DNA of 64,000 nt from Escherichia coli (GTDB lineage Bacteria; Pseudomonadota; Gammaproteobacteria; Enterobacterales; Enterobacteriaceae): the NCBI RefSeq assembly GCF_030384885.1, contig NZ_CP128615.1; one strand, written 5' to 3'. Numbering within the stretch: position 1 is the first letter of the stretch; each line of letters opens with the position of its first letter. A model generated the notes under the pieces. The model did no database searches and was not told the origin of the DNA. It saw only the letters and a program-made list of their open reading frames with translations. The translations under genes were made by a program, and so were the position numbers. Of this stretch, positions 49,769 through 60,195 are shown one piece after another.

Positions 49769-50200
49769 ATGAAACTACAACTTTTCAGCACCGGGAAAGA
49801 ACTCCCGCCACAGGCCCATCCATTGTTTGCCGATCTGGCCAGCTGCGGTTTTCCCAGCCCTGCTGCTGACTATGTCGAGTCCGATCTGGATCTCCATGAT
49901 TACTGCATACGGCATCCGAGCGCGACGTACTACCTGCGTGCCAGCGGAGACAGCATGGCCGACGGCAGTCTGTACAATGGCGATCTGCTGGTTGTGGACA
50001 GTGCTGAAAAGCCGCGGCACGGCGATATCGTTGTCGCCAGCATGCAGGGGGAGTTTACGGTGAAACGGCTTCTGCTGACGCCGCGACTGACGCTGCAGCC
50101 CATGAATGCCTCCTGGTCGCCGATTTATCCTGATCCCGACGAGCTGGATATCTTTGGCGTCGTCACGCATATCATCCACCGCCCGAGGGAGATGTACTGA
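49769..50200 (+). CDS. umuD: UmuD-like SOS mutagenesis protein (LexA-like peptidase S24)
   Basis: 143 aa from [10 protein letters not shown]... with RBS AGGAGG; Ser-Lys dyad region (SGDSM...K); the ORF-track start at 49388 is an upstream extension. Confidence 0.85.
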   Translation: MKLQLFSTGKELPPQAHPLFADLASCGFPSPAADYVESDLDLHDYCIRHPSATYYLRASGDSMADGSLYNGDLLVVDSAEKPRHGDIVVASMQGEFTVKRLLLTPRLTLQPMNASWSPIYPDPDELDIFGVVTHIIHRPREMY

Positions 50201-51471
50201 TGTTTGCCCTGGCCGATGTGAACAGCTTCTATGCCAGCTGTGAACGTGTTTTCCGCCCGGATTTGAAAGGAAAGCCGATAGTCGTCCTGAGCAACAACGA
50301 CGGGAATGTAATCGCTCGCAGTGCCGAGGCGAAGCCCTGGATCAAAATGGAAACTCCGTGGTTTCAGATAAAAAACGAAAGATACCCGGAAAAAATATAT
50401 GCGTTTTCAAGTAACTATGAACTTTATGCCTCGATGTTGGCGCGCGTGATGAACAGCCTGGAGGAACTGGCCCCCAGAGTGGAACAGTATTCAATTGATG
50501 AGATGTTCCTCGATTTGACCGGCGTGGAGCACTGTATGGAGCTTGAGGACTTCGGCCGGCAGCTGCGTCAGCACGTGTATGACTGTACCCACCTGACCAT
50601 TGGCGTGGGCGCCGGACCAACGAAGACCCTCGCAAAATCAGCCCAGTGGGCCTCAAAAGAGTGGAAACAGTTTCGTGGCGTACTTGCTCTGACCAGGGGA
50701 AATCCGCAGAGAACGCGGAAACTGCTTTCACTGCAGCCGGTTGAAGAAATCTGGGGGGTGGGTAACCGTATTGCACGCAAGCTGAATGTACTGGGCATTA
50801 AGACCGCGCTCGATCTCGCCCTGACGAACCCGGCCTTCATCCGCAAAAATTTTTCTGTGGTCCTTGAGCGAACGGTACGGGAACTGAACGGGGAAAGCTG
50901 CCTTTCGCTTGAGGAAGCCCCTCCGACGAAACAGCAAATTGTCTGCAGCCGCAGTTTTGGCGTGAAGATCACGGAGTACGAGTCACTCCGTCAGGCTATC
51001 TGTCAGCACGCAGAGCGGGCCTCTGAAAAACTGCGTAAAGAGCACCAGTATTGCCGGCATATTTCCGTTTTCATCAAAACGTCTCCGTTCGCCATTAAAG
51101 AGCCTTACTACGGCAACGTGGCTACGGAAAAACTTCTTACACCCACTCAGGACACCAGGGACATCATTGCAGCCGCTACAACGGCTCTGGAGCGTATCTG
51201 GAGGGATGGGCACCGGTATGCCAAAGCCGGAGTTATGCTGAATGACTTCACCGGCTCCGGCGTTTCGCAGCTGCAGCTGTTCGACGAACGCCCGCCACGC
51301 CCTTACAGTGCTGAGCTGATGAAGGTTCTGGACGGGATCAACAACTCAGGGCTGGGTAAAGTATGGTTTGCGGGGCGGGGTATTGCCCCGGAATGGCAGA
51401 TGAAACGGGAGATGCTTTCTCCTGCTTATACGACACGATGGTCAGATATTCCTTCAGCGAAACTGGCGTAA
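50200..51471 (+). CDS. umuC: UmuC-like Y-family DNA polymerase V catalytic subunit
   Basis: 423-aa [44 protein letters not shown]... Confidence 0.9.
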   Translation: MFALADVNSFYASCERVFRPDLKGKPIVVLSNNDGNVIARSAEAKPWIKMETPWFQIKNERYPEKIYAFSSNYELYASMLARVMNSLEELAPRVEQYSIDEMFLDLTGVEHCMELEDFGRQLRQHVYDCTHLTIGVGAGPTKTLAKSAQWASKEWKQFRGVLALTRGNPQRTRKLLSLQPVEEIWGVGNRIARKLNVLGIKTALDLALTNPAFIRKNFSVVLERTVRELNGESCLSLEEAPPTKQQIVCSRSFGVKITEYESLRQAICQHAERASEKLRKEHQYCRHISVFIKTSPFAIKEPYYGNVATEKLLTPTQDTRDIIAAATTALERIWRDGHRYAKAGVMLNDFTGSGVSQLQLFDERPPRPYSAELMKVLDGINNSGLGKVWFAGRGIAPEWQMKREMLSPAYTTRWSDIPSAKLA

Positions 51472-51481
51472 AACTTTGGCG

Positions 51482-51550
51482 ATTTCACCTTGAAATTCTC
51501 AGCCTAAACTGCCTAATTACAATAAGTTAGATGTGAAATCGCCATGGCGA
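51482..51550. promoter_or_regulatory. putative P1-type parS centromere (heptamer ATTTCAC and hexamer TCGCCA boxes)
   Basis: GATTTCACC...GTGAAATCGCCATGGCGAAAT immediately downstream of parB. Confidence 0.5.
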
Positions 51551-51552
51551 AA

Positions 51553-52530
51553 TTATTGACTCAAATTTCTGTCAAGGACCTCGTTGATAGCCTTGTCCAG
51601 TTCATCCTGAATCACTTTTGACATACGGCTAAACTCATAAGTCAGCGTACGCCCTTTCACACGCTTACGCGCGAACTTGTCCTTTTCTTCAAAAGACCAG
51701 AGTGGGGAAACCACTGACTTTTCCTTGGGAGATGGATCTATCAATGCCTGAGATGCCTGAGAAATCAGCTTCAGTATACTGGCTTTCTGTTCGTCTTCTG
51801 GTCGCTCGCCTTCACTCAAAATTGCATCGAGCTGAGCTGATACAGACTGAATGAGTTCTTCAGGCGTTAATCCCTTTTCACTGAGTTTTTCATTAACTTC
51901 TAAAAGAAGTTTATAGTCACTAAACGATAGCTCCGACTGAACCGGGAACAGAGAAATCAAGTCTTGCGGTACGGCCGCCGCCTGCAGCGCCCTGGTAACT
52001 TTAGCTTGAGATAACCCCTCCAGTTCAGCAATTTCCTTTTGATTAAATCCGGACTCTTTAAGAGCGATCAATCTCAGGCCAATCTCCCGAAGATTATGTT
52101 CTTTAGCTGTCTGGATATCTTTAGCCAGTTGGCGAGCTTCATCAGCTGATAAATGCTCTTCGGTAACCATTACATCAAGGCCTGTACGGACAAAAATTGC
52201 TGAGGCTCGCCGTCTTGAACCATCCAGTATCTCAATCCTTTCACTTTGCTTAATACCAATACAGGGAAAGAACTGCTGAAACTTAATCGTCTGGATAATG
52301 GATTTCAGGGATTCCCTGGTCAGTGCAAGTTGATCTCTTCCGTTGTTTTCCTGGTTTACGAAGGTCTTACTTTCAACTTCAGATGCAGGCACCCGAACAA
52401 ACCTGAACGTTACCTTCCTGCCGGTTTTTAAGGTAAATACCTGGCTTCTACCGGTGTCCGTCATTTCCGCAATTGACGCCTGGGTATTTAACTGTCTGCC
52501 GATGGTTTTTCTTTTCTCATTCGACATCAC
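51553..52530 (-). CDS. parB: ParB/SopB-family partition protein
   Basis: 325-aa ORF downstream of parA, overlapping its stop. Confidence 0.8.
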   Translation of the reverse strand: MMSNEKRKTIGRQLNTQASIAEMTDTGRSQVFTLKTGRKVTFRFVRVPASEVESKTFVNQENNGRDQLALTRESLKSIIQTIKFQQFFPCIGIKQSERIEILDGSRRRASAIFVRTGLDVMVTEEHLSADEARQLAKDIQTAKEHNLREIGLRLIALKESGFNQKEIAELEGLSQAKVTRALQAAAVPQDLISLFPVQSELSFSDYKLLLEVNEKLSEKGLTPEELIQSVSAQLDAILSEGERPEDEQKASILKLISQASQALIDPSPKEKSVVSPLWSFEEKDKFARKRVKGRTLTYEFSRMSKVIQDELDKAINEVLDRNLSQ

Positions 52531-53732
52531 ATACCTCCGTTAGTACGAATGAACTCGATGCGATCAAAGACTGCCTTCGCAAAGTCTTCCGCTGCTGATT
52601 TTGCGCTTTTTAGTGCCTCTGTACTTCCATCATAGGTTGCTGGATTTGCTGAAATAACTGTGTCAAAAGTCTCCCCACAACGTTCGAAACCATCCAGTCT
52701 TGGCAGAACCATGTCTAGCATATCGGCACCGAAAACCTCTTTGGCCTGACTATGGCAAATTTTGTGATCAGACTTGTTCAGGATCTTGGACATGAAGCCG
52801 ACATTACCGATGAGATTGCAGGTGTGCCCATCCATTTCGATGGAATCTATGAGGGCAGGGAGGCTGGCCACAAACTTCAGGGAAGAATGAAAATCAACCG
52901 TCGCCGGTGGAAGAGGGGTCAACATCAGGTCTGCCGCCCCAATGCAGTTTTTCAGGAACGCATCAAGGTGAGGACCACTATCAAGGAAAATAAAGTCGTA
53001 GTCATGCTGGAGCTTGTCGATAATGTTCTCTTTAAGCACCGCATGAATATTTTTCCCTGGCAGATGTTCTTCACACAATCCCTTCCAGCCTTCAGCAAGG
53101 AATGCATCGTCAATGGAAGCGGGGATTACATCAACACCAGGGATAATAGACGGTACTATAAAATCGGAAAGTAATTCTTCACGAGACACGTTCTGGAGCA
53201 TGGCCTGAGCAGCCGTATTTTCAACCAAGCCCACTGAATTCTCATGGCTCAGGAACATTGTCAGAGATGCCTGCGGATCGAAATCGATGGCCAGAATACG
53301 CAGGTCTTCGAACAGAAGCTGAGGATGAGCTCGAAAAGCATGTGATAATGAAGCGGTAGAAACTGTCTTGGAACCACCACCTTTAAGATTACATACAAAA
53401 ATCGTAAAGGCTTTATCGAAGCGATCCCTGTACTTCGGTACTTTACGATGGTTATACAGATCGATGACATTCTGAATCGTCATCGCGTATTTCATCGTAT
53501 TACCAGAAGGTTTCTTTTTAAAAATGTAGCCACCGGCTTCCATTTCGGACACAGCATACTCAACACTGCCTTTACTGAGCTTAGGCAGCTTATACAGAGC
53601 GGCTTTGCTGTATTCCTGATAGAACTCGGTAAGCTTCAATTCCTCTTTTTGCTGTCGGATACTTTCGCTCAAAGATGTCAGAAGCTTACCTGCACGTGTA
53701 GCGACTTTCCGTAACTGCTCAATATTGTCCAT
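52527..53732 (-). CDS. parA: ParA/SopA-family type Ia partition ATPase
   Basis: 401-aa ORF; deviant Walker A (CNLKGGGSKTVSTASL) after an N-terminal DNA-binding extension. Confidence 0.85.
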   Translation of the reverse strand: MDNIEQLRKVATRAGKLLTSLSESIRQQKEELKLTEFYQEYSKAALYKLPKLSKGSVEYAVSEMEAGGYIFKKKPSGNTMKYAMTIQNVIDLYNHRKVPKYRDRFDKAFTIFVCNLKGGGSKTVSTASLSHAFRAHPQLLFEDLRILAIDFDPQASLTMFLSHENSVGLVENTAAQAMLQNVSREELLSDFIVPSIIPGVDVIPASIDDAFLAEGWKGLCEEHLPGKNIHAVLKENIIDKLQHDYDFIFLDSGPHLDAFLKNCIGAADLMLTPLPPATVDFHSSLKFVASLPALIDSIEMDGHTCNLIGNVGFMSKILNKSDHKICHSQAKEVFGADMLDMVLPRLDGFERCGETFDTVISANPATYDGSTEALKSAKSAAEDFAKAVFDRIEFIRTNGGM

Positions 53733-54125
53733 TTATCACCTCATGACGTTTTTTGTCATTTTGAACAAAAAGTGTCATGTTGCAAGAAAAAAATCATATT
53801 GTTTTGATTTCGCTCTCAACAGAAGGGGGATGAAGCTCGACGGGCGTGCTACTAAATCACACTGCAGCAACACGCAGACGCACTTTTGACCATCAACAGC
53901 AACTCATACAAAAGGGCTTTGAGAAAGGTATTCAACTTGCAAGACAGGAGAGTCATTCAGAAGGATTCTGATTTTAGTTACGACCAGTGCAATGCTGAGC
54001 CTTATGTATCAGCGCTCGCCGCAGCCATGTAACCGAGCGTAGCGAGCGAACTGGCGAGGAAGCGAAGAGGAACCGTTCCGGCAGATAGCTCTTACGCTCA
54101 GCACAAGAAGAGTTTTCCATCCTCT

Positions 54126-54545
54126 GTGGGAAACAGGTCAACTTTAATGGACGCTCCGGACTATGGGAAACAGGTCAACTTCGCGGACGGCCCGGACTAT
54201 GGGAAACAGGTCAACTTCACGGGCGGCCGGGAGTGTGGGGAACAGGTCAACTTCGCGGACGGCCCGGATTATGGGAAACAGGTCAACTTCGCGGGCGGCC
54301 GGGACTGTGGGAAACAGGTCAACTTTGCAGACGGCCCGGACTGTGGGAAACAGGTCAACTTCGCGGGCGGCCGGGAGTGTGGGGAACAGGTCAACTTCGC
54401 GGACGGCCCGGACTAAGGGAAACAGGTCAGCTTCTCGGACGGCCCGGACTATGGGAAACAGGTCAACTTCTCGGACGGTCGGGAGTGTGGGAAACAGGTC
54501 AAGTTAGGCAAGCACTATGGGAAACACAGCAAGTTCAGTATCCCC
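54126..54545. repeat. tandem array of about 11-12 copies of a 36-bp repeat (putative repA iterons / copy-control array)
   Basis: unit TATGGGAAACAGGTCAACTTCGCGGACGGCCCGGAC; immediately downstream of repA. Confidence 0.7.
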
Positions 54546-54592
54546 CCATATGTCAGCAACAAACTAAGGGGGGAGGAAATAAAAATTACAGA

Positions 54593-55459
54593 CTATTGTT
54601 TTTTATCAAGAAAATTAAACAGCAAGCGACCATCTTCTTCAGTGGTATATGTTACCTTTAATGGCGTCTTCTCATTAATTTTCTTCAGAGCAGGTTCCAG
54701 GAAGGTACGCTTCATTTCAGCAATATTGTTTTTCTGCGAGGCAGGGAGCATAAACCTTTCACATAACCAGTCATGTGTGGTGATCCAGACACCAGTGCTC
54801 CGGAACTGACACAGGCTTTCATAAAGCCGGATGACACGAACACTATTAAGCTGGCCACAGTCATAGAGAGAATAGGTAGTGAACTGGGAGGTTAAGCCGA
54901 CCAGGAATGGCATGACCTTGTAGTTAAATTCAATCTGCCAGGAACCCCGGCCTCGCTTCATTCCTGCTTCAGCCAGCCACGGACGTTTAACTTCTTCAAA
55001 CTCACCTTCTTTTGGATAAAAGGTAACCGTTGATTCGCCCAGAGCATTTACCCCAGCCTTCACATCACGACTGGCGACAGACGTAGCGACATTGAAGTAT
55101 TTGACGTAATCGGAAACGCTGATTTTGAAGAGCGGCAATACGTCAGAGTCATCTTCCTGGCTGTCATTAAAATAGGCCTGCATGAGGCATAACCACAGCA
55201 CACGTTTTGCCTGAAGAGGCAGGTAATATGCAGCTTCGGTCAATTCGTTAGATTGCTTTATACTGGCGCGTTTTTTAAACGTTTTAGTAGCTGGCAAGAG
55301 TGCTTGAGTATCCATTTCAATGCCTATGGGTAAATTTTTACCCACCCATAATGACAGTGAAAACAGAAATTGCAAGCTATCGCGATACTTATCCACCGGA
55401 AAAATCTGCACTTTATCCACAAGTGGATAATTGAGAACTGAACTTGACCTCTTTCCCAT
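54593..55459 (-). CDS. repA: Rep_3-family replication initiator (RepFIB-type)
   Basis: 288-aa ORF; N-terminal IKQSNELTEAAYYLPLQAKRVLWL typical of Rep_3. Confidence 0.85.
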   Translation of the reverse strand: MGKRSSSVLNYPLVDKVQIFPVDKYRDSLQFLFSLSLWVGKNLPIGIEMDTQALLPATKTFKKRASIKQSNELTEAAYYLPLQAKRVLWLCLMQAYFNDSQEDDSDVLPLFKISVSDYVKYFNVATSVASRDVKAGVNALGESTVTFYPKEGEFEEVKRPWLAEAGMKRGRGSWQIEFNYKVMPFLVGLTSQFTTYSLYDCGQLNSVRVIRLYESLCQFRSTGVWITTHDWLCERFMLPASQKNNIAEMKRTFLEPALKKINEKTPLKVTYTTEEDGRLLFNFLDKKQ

Positions 55460-55700
55460 AGCTTGTTGATGCGTATCCCATAGCTTGTTGACACAAAACC
55501 CACTGATACGTGATTAATTTCCCATATTATGTTTACCAGTTGCCCATACAGGCCCCCTCTCAGGCCGCACTGTACGCGGCTTTCAGGCTCCCTAAAAGAT
55601 GTAAAATAAAGAAAAAGAATAAAAAAGTACTTTATAAAAATATGCCCGTGGATAAGTGGATAACCCCGAGGGGAGGTGATTTTTCAGGCATTGAGCGTAA
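55460..55700. other. putative oriV region (DnaA boxes, short direct repeats, AT-rich tract)
   Basis: TTATCCACA at 55414-55422, TGGATAAGTGGATAA near 55640, two copies of TCCCATAGCTTGTTGA at 55460-55500. Confidence 0.5.
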
Positions 55701-56221
55701 GCAGAATTTATAAGTTTTGTTCCCTGGTGCTTCCTCGCTCACTCGGGGCTTCGCCCTGTCGCTCGACTGCGGCGAGCACTGCTGGCTCGATCATATCCGT
55801 GGCCGGAAGATACTACTCCTCCCCCGAGTCGCTCTCCAGAGCCGGCTACAGCGAGACAACCCGCACGAAGATTTCTATCGTCCCTGCAGACATATTCGAA
55901 TCGTTTTTATTAACCCTGGCTTCCGTCGTGACAGAACACTACGTCCTGTAAAAGGGGGACTAAGGCCCCTGAATCACACACCTGAATAATGCGGAGTTTT
56001 ACGATAATGTCATTGCTGGAAACTTTCCTGACCGCTTCTCAGGGGGCAACAATCCTGTTCCTTGCCATGCTGATCTACTGGCAAAAGCGATAAATCCAAG
56101 CGGGCTGGCCTTTGGCCAGCTTCGCTGTATAAGGGGAAAAATGCGGCATATCCAGACATTTCACTAGGCAATTTGAATTCAGATATCTATGCTTGGGATC
56201 CGGTCAACAGGAGGTAACAAG

Positions 56222-56479
56222 ATGAAACTTGAAACTATACAGATAGATAATACCGTAAGGAGTGGTCTTAATTCTTTCACTGACGGGGTGATTATTCGTG
56301 ATACAAAGGTATTGATCACGCTCAATCTCCCGGATGGACAGAAAACCACTATTGAGGGGGAATGGCGGCATATGTCGGACGCCAACAGGTTGTCAGAACG
56401 TATTACGATGCTTCAGCATGCGATCTATGAGCAGTATGAGGAATACAGAGCAGATATTCCCGTCAGCTGGTCCAGATAA
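56222..56479 (+). CDS. hypothetical protein (85 aa)
   Basis: RBS AGGAGG then MKLETIQIDNTVRSGL...; no recognisable motif. Confidence 0.5.
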   Translation: MKLETIQIDNTVRSGLNSFTDGVIIRDTKVLITLNLPDGQKTTIEGEWRHMSDANRLSERITMLQHAIYEQYEEYRADIPVSWSR

Positions 56480-56536
56480 CGTCTGACAGACCTCCCCGGC
56501 GAGCAGGACGTTCGCCAGCATCATTCTCCTAAGTAC

Positions 56537-57315
56537 TTAAATATTCCCTTTCAGCATGGCTACCGCATCCGCTTCGGGCATCTGAAACTGAACTCGATGC
56601 CGCGCAGCAACATCAAGTGCGAACACCTTCGTATAGACTTCCGTCGAGCTAATCGATTTGTGGCCCATCAGGCTCTGCAAAACCTTCAGTGGTATGCCGG
56701 CATACAGCACATATGCATCGCGTAGGAGTGGCGGAACGTATGCGGGGTGACCGGCACCGAGAATGTCACCCCGTCGACGGCGGCCGCTTCAACCGCTTCG
56801 CCAATCCAGGTCCGTACTGTCCGGTCGGTGATGTCCCAGATGCGGGCTTTCTCTGTTCTGCCGGTACGCTTGTTGCGTCTTTCCAGCGGAATTTTCAGGG
56901 TGGCCACCATCATCTGCAGCTGGCTGACGTAGTGGTGATCGGAAAGCGGAACCAGACGATGAGCCTGGCTACCGGCGGGAGCTCGGCCGGCTGTCCTGGC
57001 CGCTTTTTCGGTGCGCTGCTTAAGCGTGGCCAGCTGCACGAACGGATACGGTGGCACCAGCGAAAAATCCCCCCGGGTCAGCGCCAGCGCCTCGTTGATA
57101 CGTGCGCCGGTGTTCCAGAGGGTTGCCAGCAGCATCTTGCGGTGCAAATCGGGCACATAATGGAGCAGGGCGCTGACTTCCGGTGCCAGCAGGTATTTCG
57201 GTAGTTCATCTTGAACGAGCGCCATCTGGCGCAGGGCCAGCGCGGCGGGATAGTCAATGGCCACCGGCATTTGCGCCGGCTGCTGCGGGTGAGAATATGA
57301 TAAGAGGCCGCTCAT
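56537..57315 (-). pseudogene. tyrosine site-specific recombinase (XerD/ResD-like) with frameshift upstream of the catalytic Tyr
   Basis: ORF 56686-57315 ends ...HTFRHSYAMHMCCMPAYH*; the adjacent frame continues LYAGIPLKVLQSLMGHKSISSTEVYTKVF... Confidence 0.7.
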
Positions 57316-58055
57316 TGGTTTGACATTCCATCAGGTATCACTAATTGATTCCACTCCCTGTTGCGGGTAGCTTCAGCAGCGCGCAGGGCTCTTTCGCGCC
57401 TCCAGACTTTACGAAACACGGAAACTGCAGACCATTCATCATGACCTGTAAGACGTGTTTCGGGCATCCCGGTTGCCTTGCGCAGACGGACGGCAAGAAT
57501 GACAGCGTTGATGCCCAAGCGCGTGAACTGATACTGCCGTTCCCTGAAATAGTCCTTATGCCAAGGAGGGTCGGAGTATTCGGCGGCATATGCAATTGCC
57601 CTGTGGGCCTCATCCTGGAGCACCGGCAGTTCACGGATGCGATACATAAGACGTGGCTCTAAAGTCCGCCAGTCACCGGAGACATCGATCAGATTCAGTT
57701 CAGGGTAATTCGTGACAGCTTTTCTCTCAGGCTGGGGGGCATCATCATCCTGGCCGTCATCCGTCACAACCCGGAAACAACCCTCAGCATACCGTTCAAG
57801 CATGAATACCAACTCGGTGGCAATGTAATGCAGTTCCTTTTTCATTTTATCTTCTGACGCCTGTCTCTCACGCTTAAGCGTGAAATAATGTGTCAGCCAG
57901 ATGCCAGTGAGTGTTATACCCCCAGTAAGCAGGCCAGTGATAAGCCCGGTTGCCACGTTTCCCCAGATCCCCGCCCCTTGATTAATCAGCTGTACGGAAA
58001 CCGGATGGGATGTCGCAGCAACTATACTCTCAGTTGCGGCCTGTATATCAGTCAT
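57312..58055 (-). CDS. hypothetical membrane-anchored protein (one N-terminal TM helix)
   Basis: 247-aa ORF; hydrophobic segment GNVATGLITGLLTGGITLTGIWL; 4-bp overlap with the recombinase start. Confidence 0.6.
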   Translation of the reverse strand: MTDIQAATESIVAATSHPVSVQLINQGAGIWGNVATGLITGLLTGGITLTGIWLTHYFTLKRERQASEDKMKKELHYIATELVFMLERYAEGCFRVVTDDGQDDDAPQPERKAVTNYPELNLIDVSGDWRTLEPRLMYRIRELPVLQDEAHRAIAYAAEYSDPPWHKDYFRERQYQFTRLGINAVILAVRLRKATGMPETRLTGHDEWSAVSVFRKVWRRERALRAAEATRNREWNQLVIPDGMSNQ

Positions 58056-58105
58056 TGATCATTTACCCCTTTATATTCCTGAGAAATCCCGCCCTCTGTC
58101 CGTAG

Positions 58106-58456
58106 TCAGCGGCCGGCAGCCAGCTCTTCAGCCAGTTTCACAAACCTTTTGTGCTCAGTCTGCAGGTAATGGCTGTAAATCCGGGCATCACGTTCTGTCA
58201 GTCCGGATGGATTGCCGGTGAAGTAACGTTGCAGCACCGCAATACAGTGATTGTAGGTATCGAGATCATATTCCCAGTTTCCCAGCTCACCGGCCGCATC
58301 CAGTTCCTGGCGAAACTGCTCGTATTTACGGAGCAGAATGCCAAGACCTAATTCTGTTGCAGCATAAAGATTATTTTCTCCTGGCGCGGAAATCGCATTA
58401 CGGATTTTTTCAAAAGCATAACTGAAATCATTTCTCTCATTGAATGCAGTAAACAT
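58106..58456 (-). CDS. hypothetical protein (116 aa)
   Basis: ORF 50 bp upstream of the membrane protein gene, same strand; no recognisable motif. Confidence 0.5.
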   Translation of the reverse strand: MFTAFNERNDFSYAFEKIRNAISAPGENNLYAATELGLGILLRKYEQFRQELDAAGELGNWEYDLDTYNHCIAVLQRYFTGNPSGLTERDARIYSHYLQTEHKRFVKLAEELAAGR

Positions 58457-58859
58457 GTCCTTTCCTCAGTTGAATAGTTAGCCGTGCAATTTTACCACAC
58501 CTCAATCATCGTCAGATGAGTGCCACTCTGTCGCGACAGTGACTTTCACGAGAGTGATTTTCACATACTAAAATAATAAGCAGCCATATAACAACGTAAT
58601 TAAATTACCTGACGGCCGCTCTGGCCGGATCCGACTTTTATGTTATTCCACAGTTTCCGGAAGTGTACCACGCACACGGAATAACCACAGCGCCCTTTCA
58701 GGGTGGTGAGCGGCCGGTCACGGGGCAGGGGAGGGGCACAACATATATGGTCACTGACAGCTGGAAACACCGCTACATCTTGTGTTTCCGGGCCGCTGCG
58801 CGCCGGCGGGGCTGAATCAGATCCGGAACTGGTGGTTTTCGGATCTGCGGTGGAGAAAT

Positions 58860-59026
58860 GAGAAAACAGGATATGCGCAGCATATCCACATGCCACGCAT
58901 CTGCATAGGGCAGACATACGCATATGTCAGTCATCTGCATATGTTACACCTATACAGACCAGTCCGGCAGGCATATACTGCACATATGTACTCACACATC
59001 ATGCATGATCAGCCGGAGGAACATCC
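58860..59026 (+). promoter_or_regulatory. putative promoter/operator of second vagC copy (CATATG / CATCTGCATA repeats)
   Basis: repeat pattern related to, but diverged from, 2700-2861. Confidence 0.4.
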
Positions 59027-59257
59027 ATGCGCACAGTTTCGATATTTAAAAACGGCAATAACCGCGCCATCCGTCTGCCCCGGGACCTGGATTTTGACGG
59101 CGTCAGCGAGCTGGAGATCGTCCGGGAAGGGGACAGCATCATTCTGCGTCCCGTCCGGCCGACCTGGGGCTCGTTCGCGCAGCTGGACAGGGCCGATCCG
59201 GACTTTATGGCGGAGCGTGAGGATGTGGTCAGCGATGAAGGACGCTTTGAGCCATGA
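59027..59257 (+). CDS. vagC: VagC/VapB-type antitoxin, second copy
   Basis: 76-aa protein identical to the first copy; two synonymous DNA differences noted. Confidence 0.9.
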   Translation: MRTVSIFKNGNNRAIRLPRDLDFDGVSELEIVREGDSIILRPVRPTWGSFAQLDRADPDFMAEREDVVSDEGRFEP

Positions 59258-59349
59258 AGAAAACCTGGATGCTCGACACTAACATCTGCTCGTTCATCAT
59301 GCGCGAGCAGCCGGCAGCGGTGCTGAAGCGCCTGGAGCAGGCGGTGCTG
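59254..59349 (+). pseudogene. vagD: vagD (PIN toxin), first ~32 codons only, truncated by IS21-family element
   Basis: MKKTWMLDTNICSFIMREQPAAVLKRLEQAVL then IS terminus TGTCAACGCC... Confidence 0.85.
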
Positions 59350-59407
59350 TCAACGCCACGATGTTTGACCGTTATTTGCCATTTTCATGCCCGCTAAGAT
59401 ACTTTCG

Positions 59408-60191
<784 letters not shown>

Positions 60192-60195
<4 letters not shown>

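Noticed and set aside
49388-50200. 270-aa ORF-track version of umuD starting at 49388
   Set aside because: The upstream part lies within the group II intron and LexA box; an RBS and ATG at 49769 give a 143-aa UmuD-length protein.
54126-54545. CRISPR array interpretation of the 36-bp and 37-bp tandem repeats (54126-54545 and 46100-46660)
   Set aside because: Units are contiguous with no interspersed unique spacers, there are no cas genes, and each array sits next to a Rep_3 gene; iterons fit better.
54126-54545. Type III toxin-antitoxin (ToxI-like 36-nt RNA repeats)
   Set aside because: No ToxN/AbiQ-like endoribonuclease gene follows the repeats on either strand; the repeats are GC-rich and flanked by a convergent repA.
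54126-54661. ORFs 54126-54416, 54163-54507 and 54233-54661 within the 36-bp array
   Set aside because: Periodic translations generated by the tandem repeat; no coding signal.
55676-55989. ORFs 55676-55951 and 55717-55989 upstream of repA
   Set aside because: They lie in the putative origin region with DnaA boxes and AT-rich tracts; no RBS or protein-like composition.
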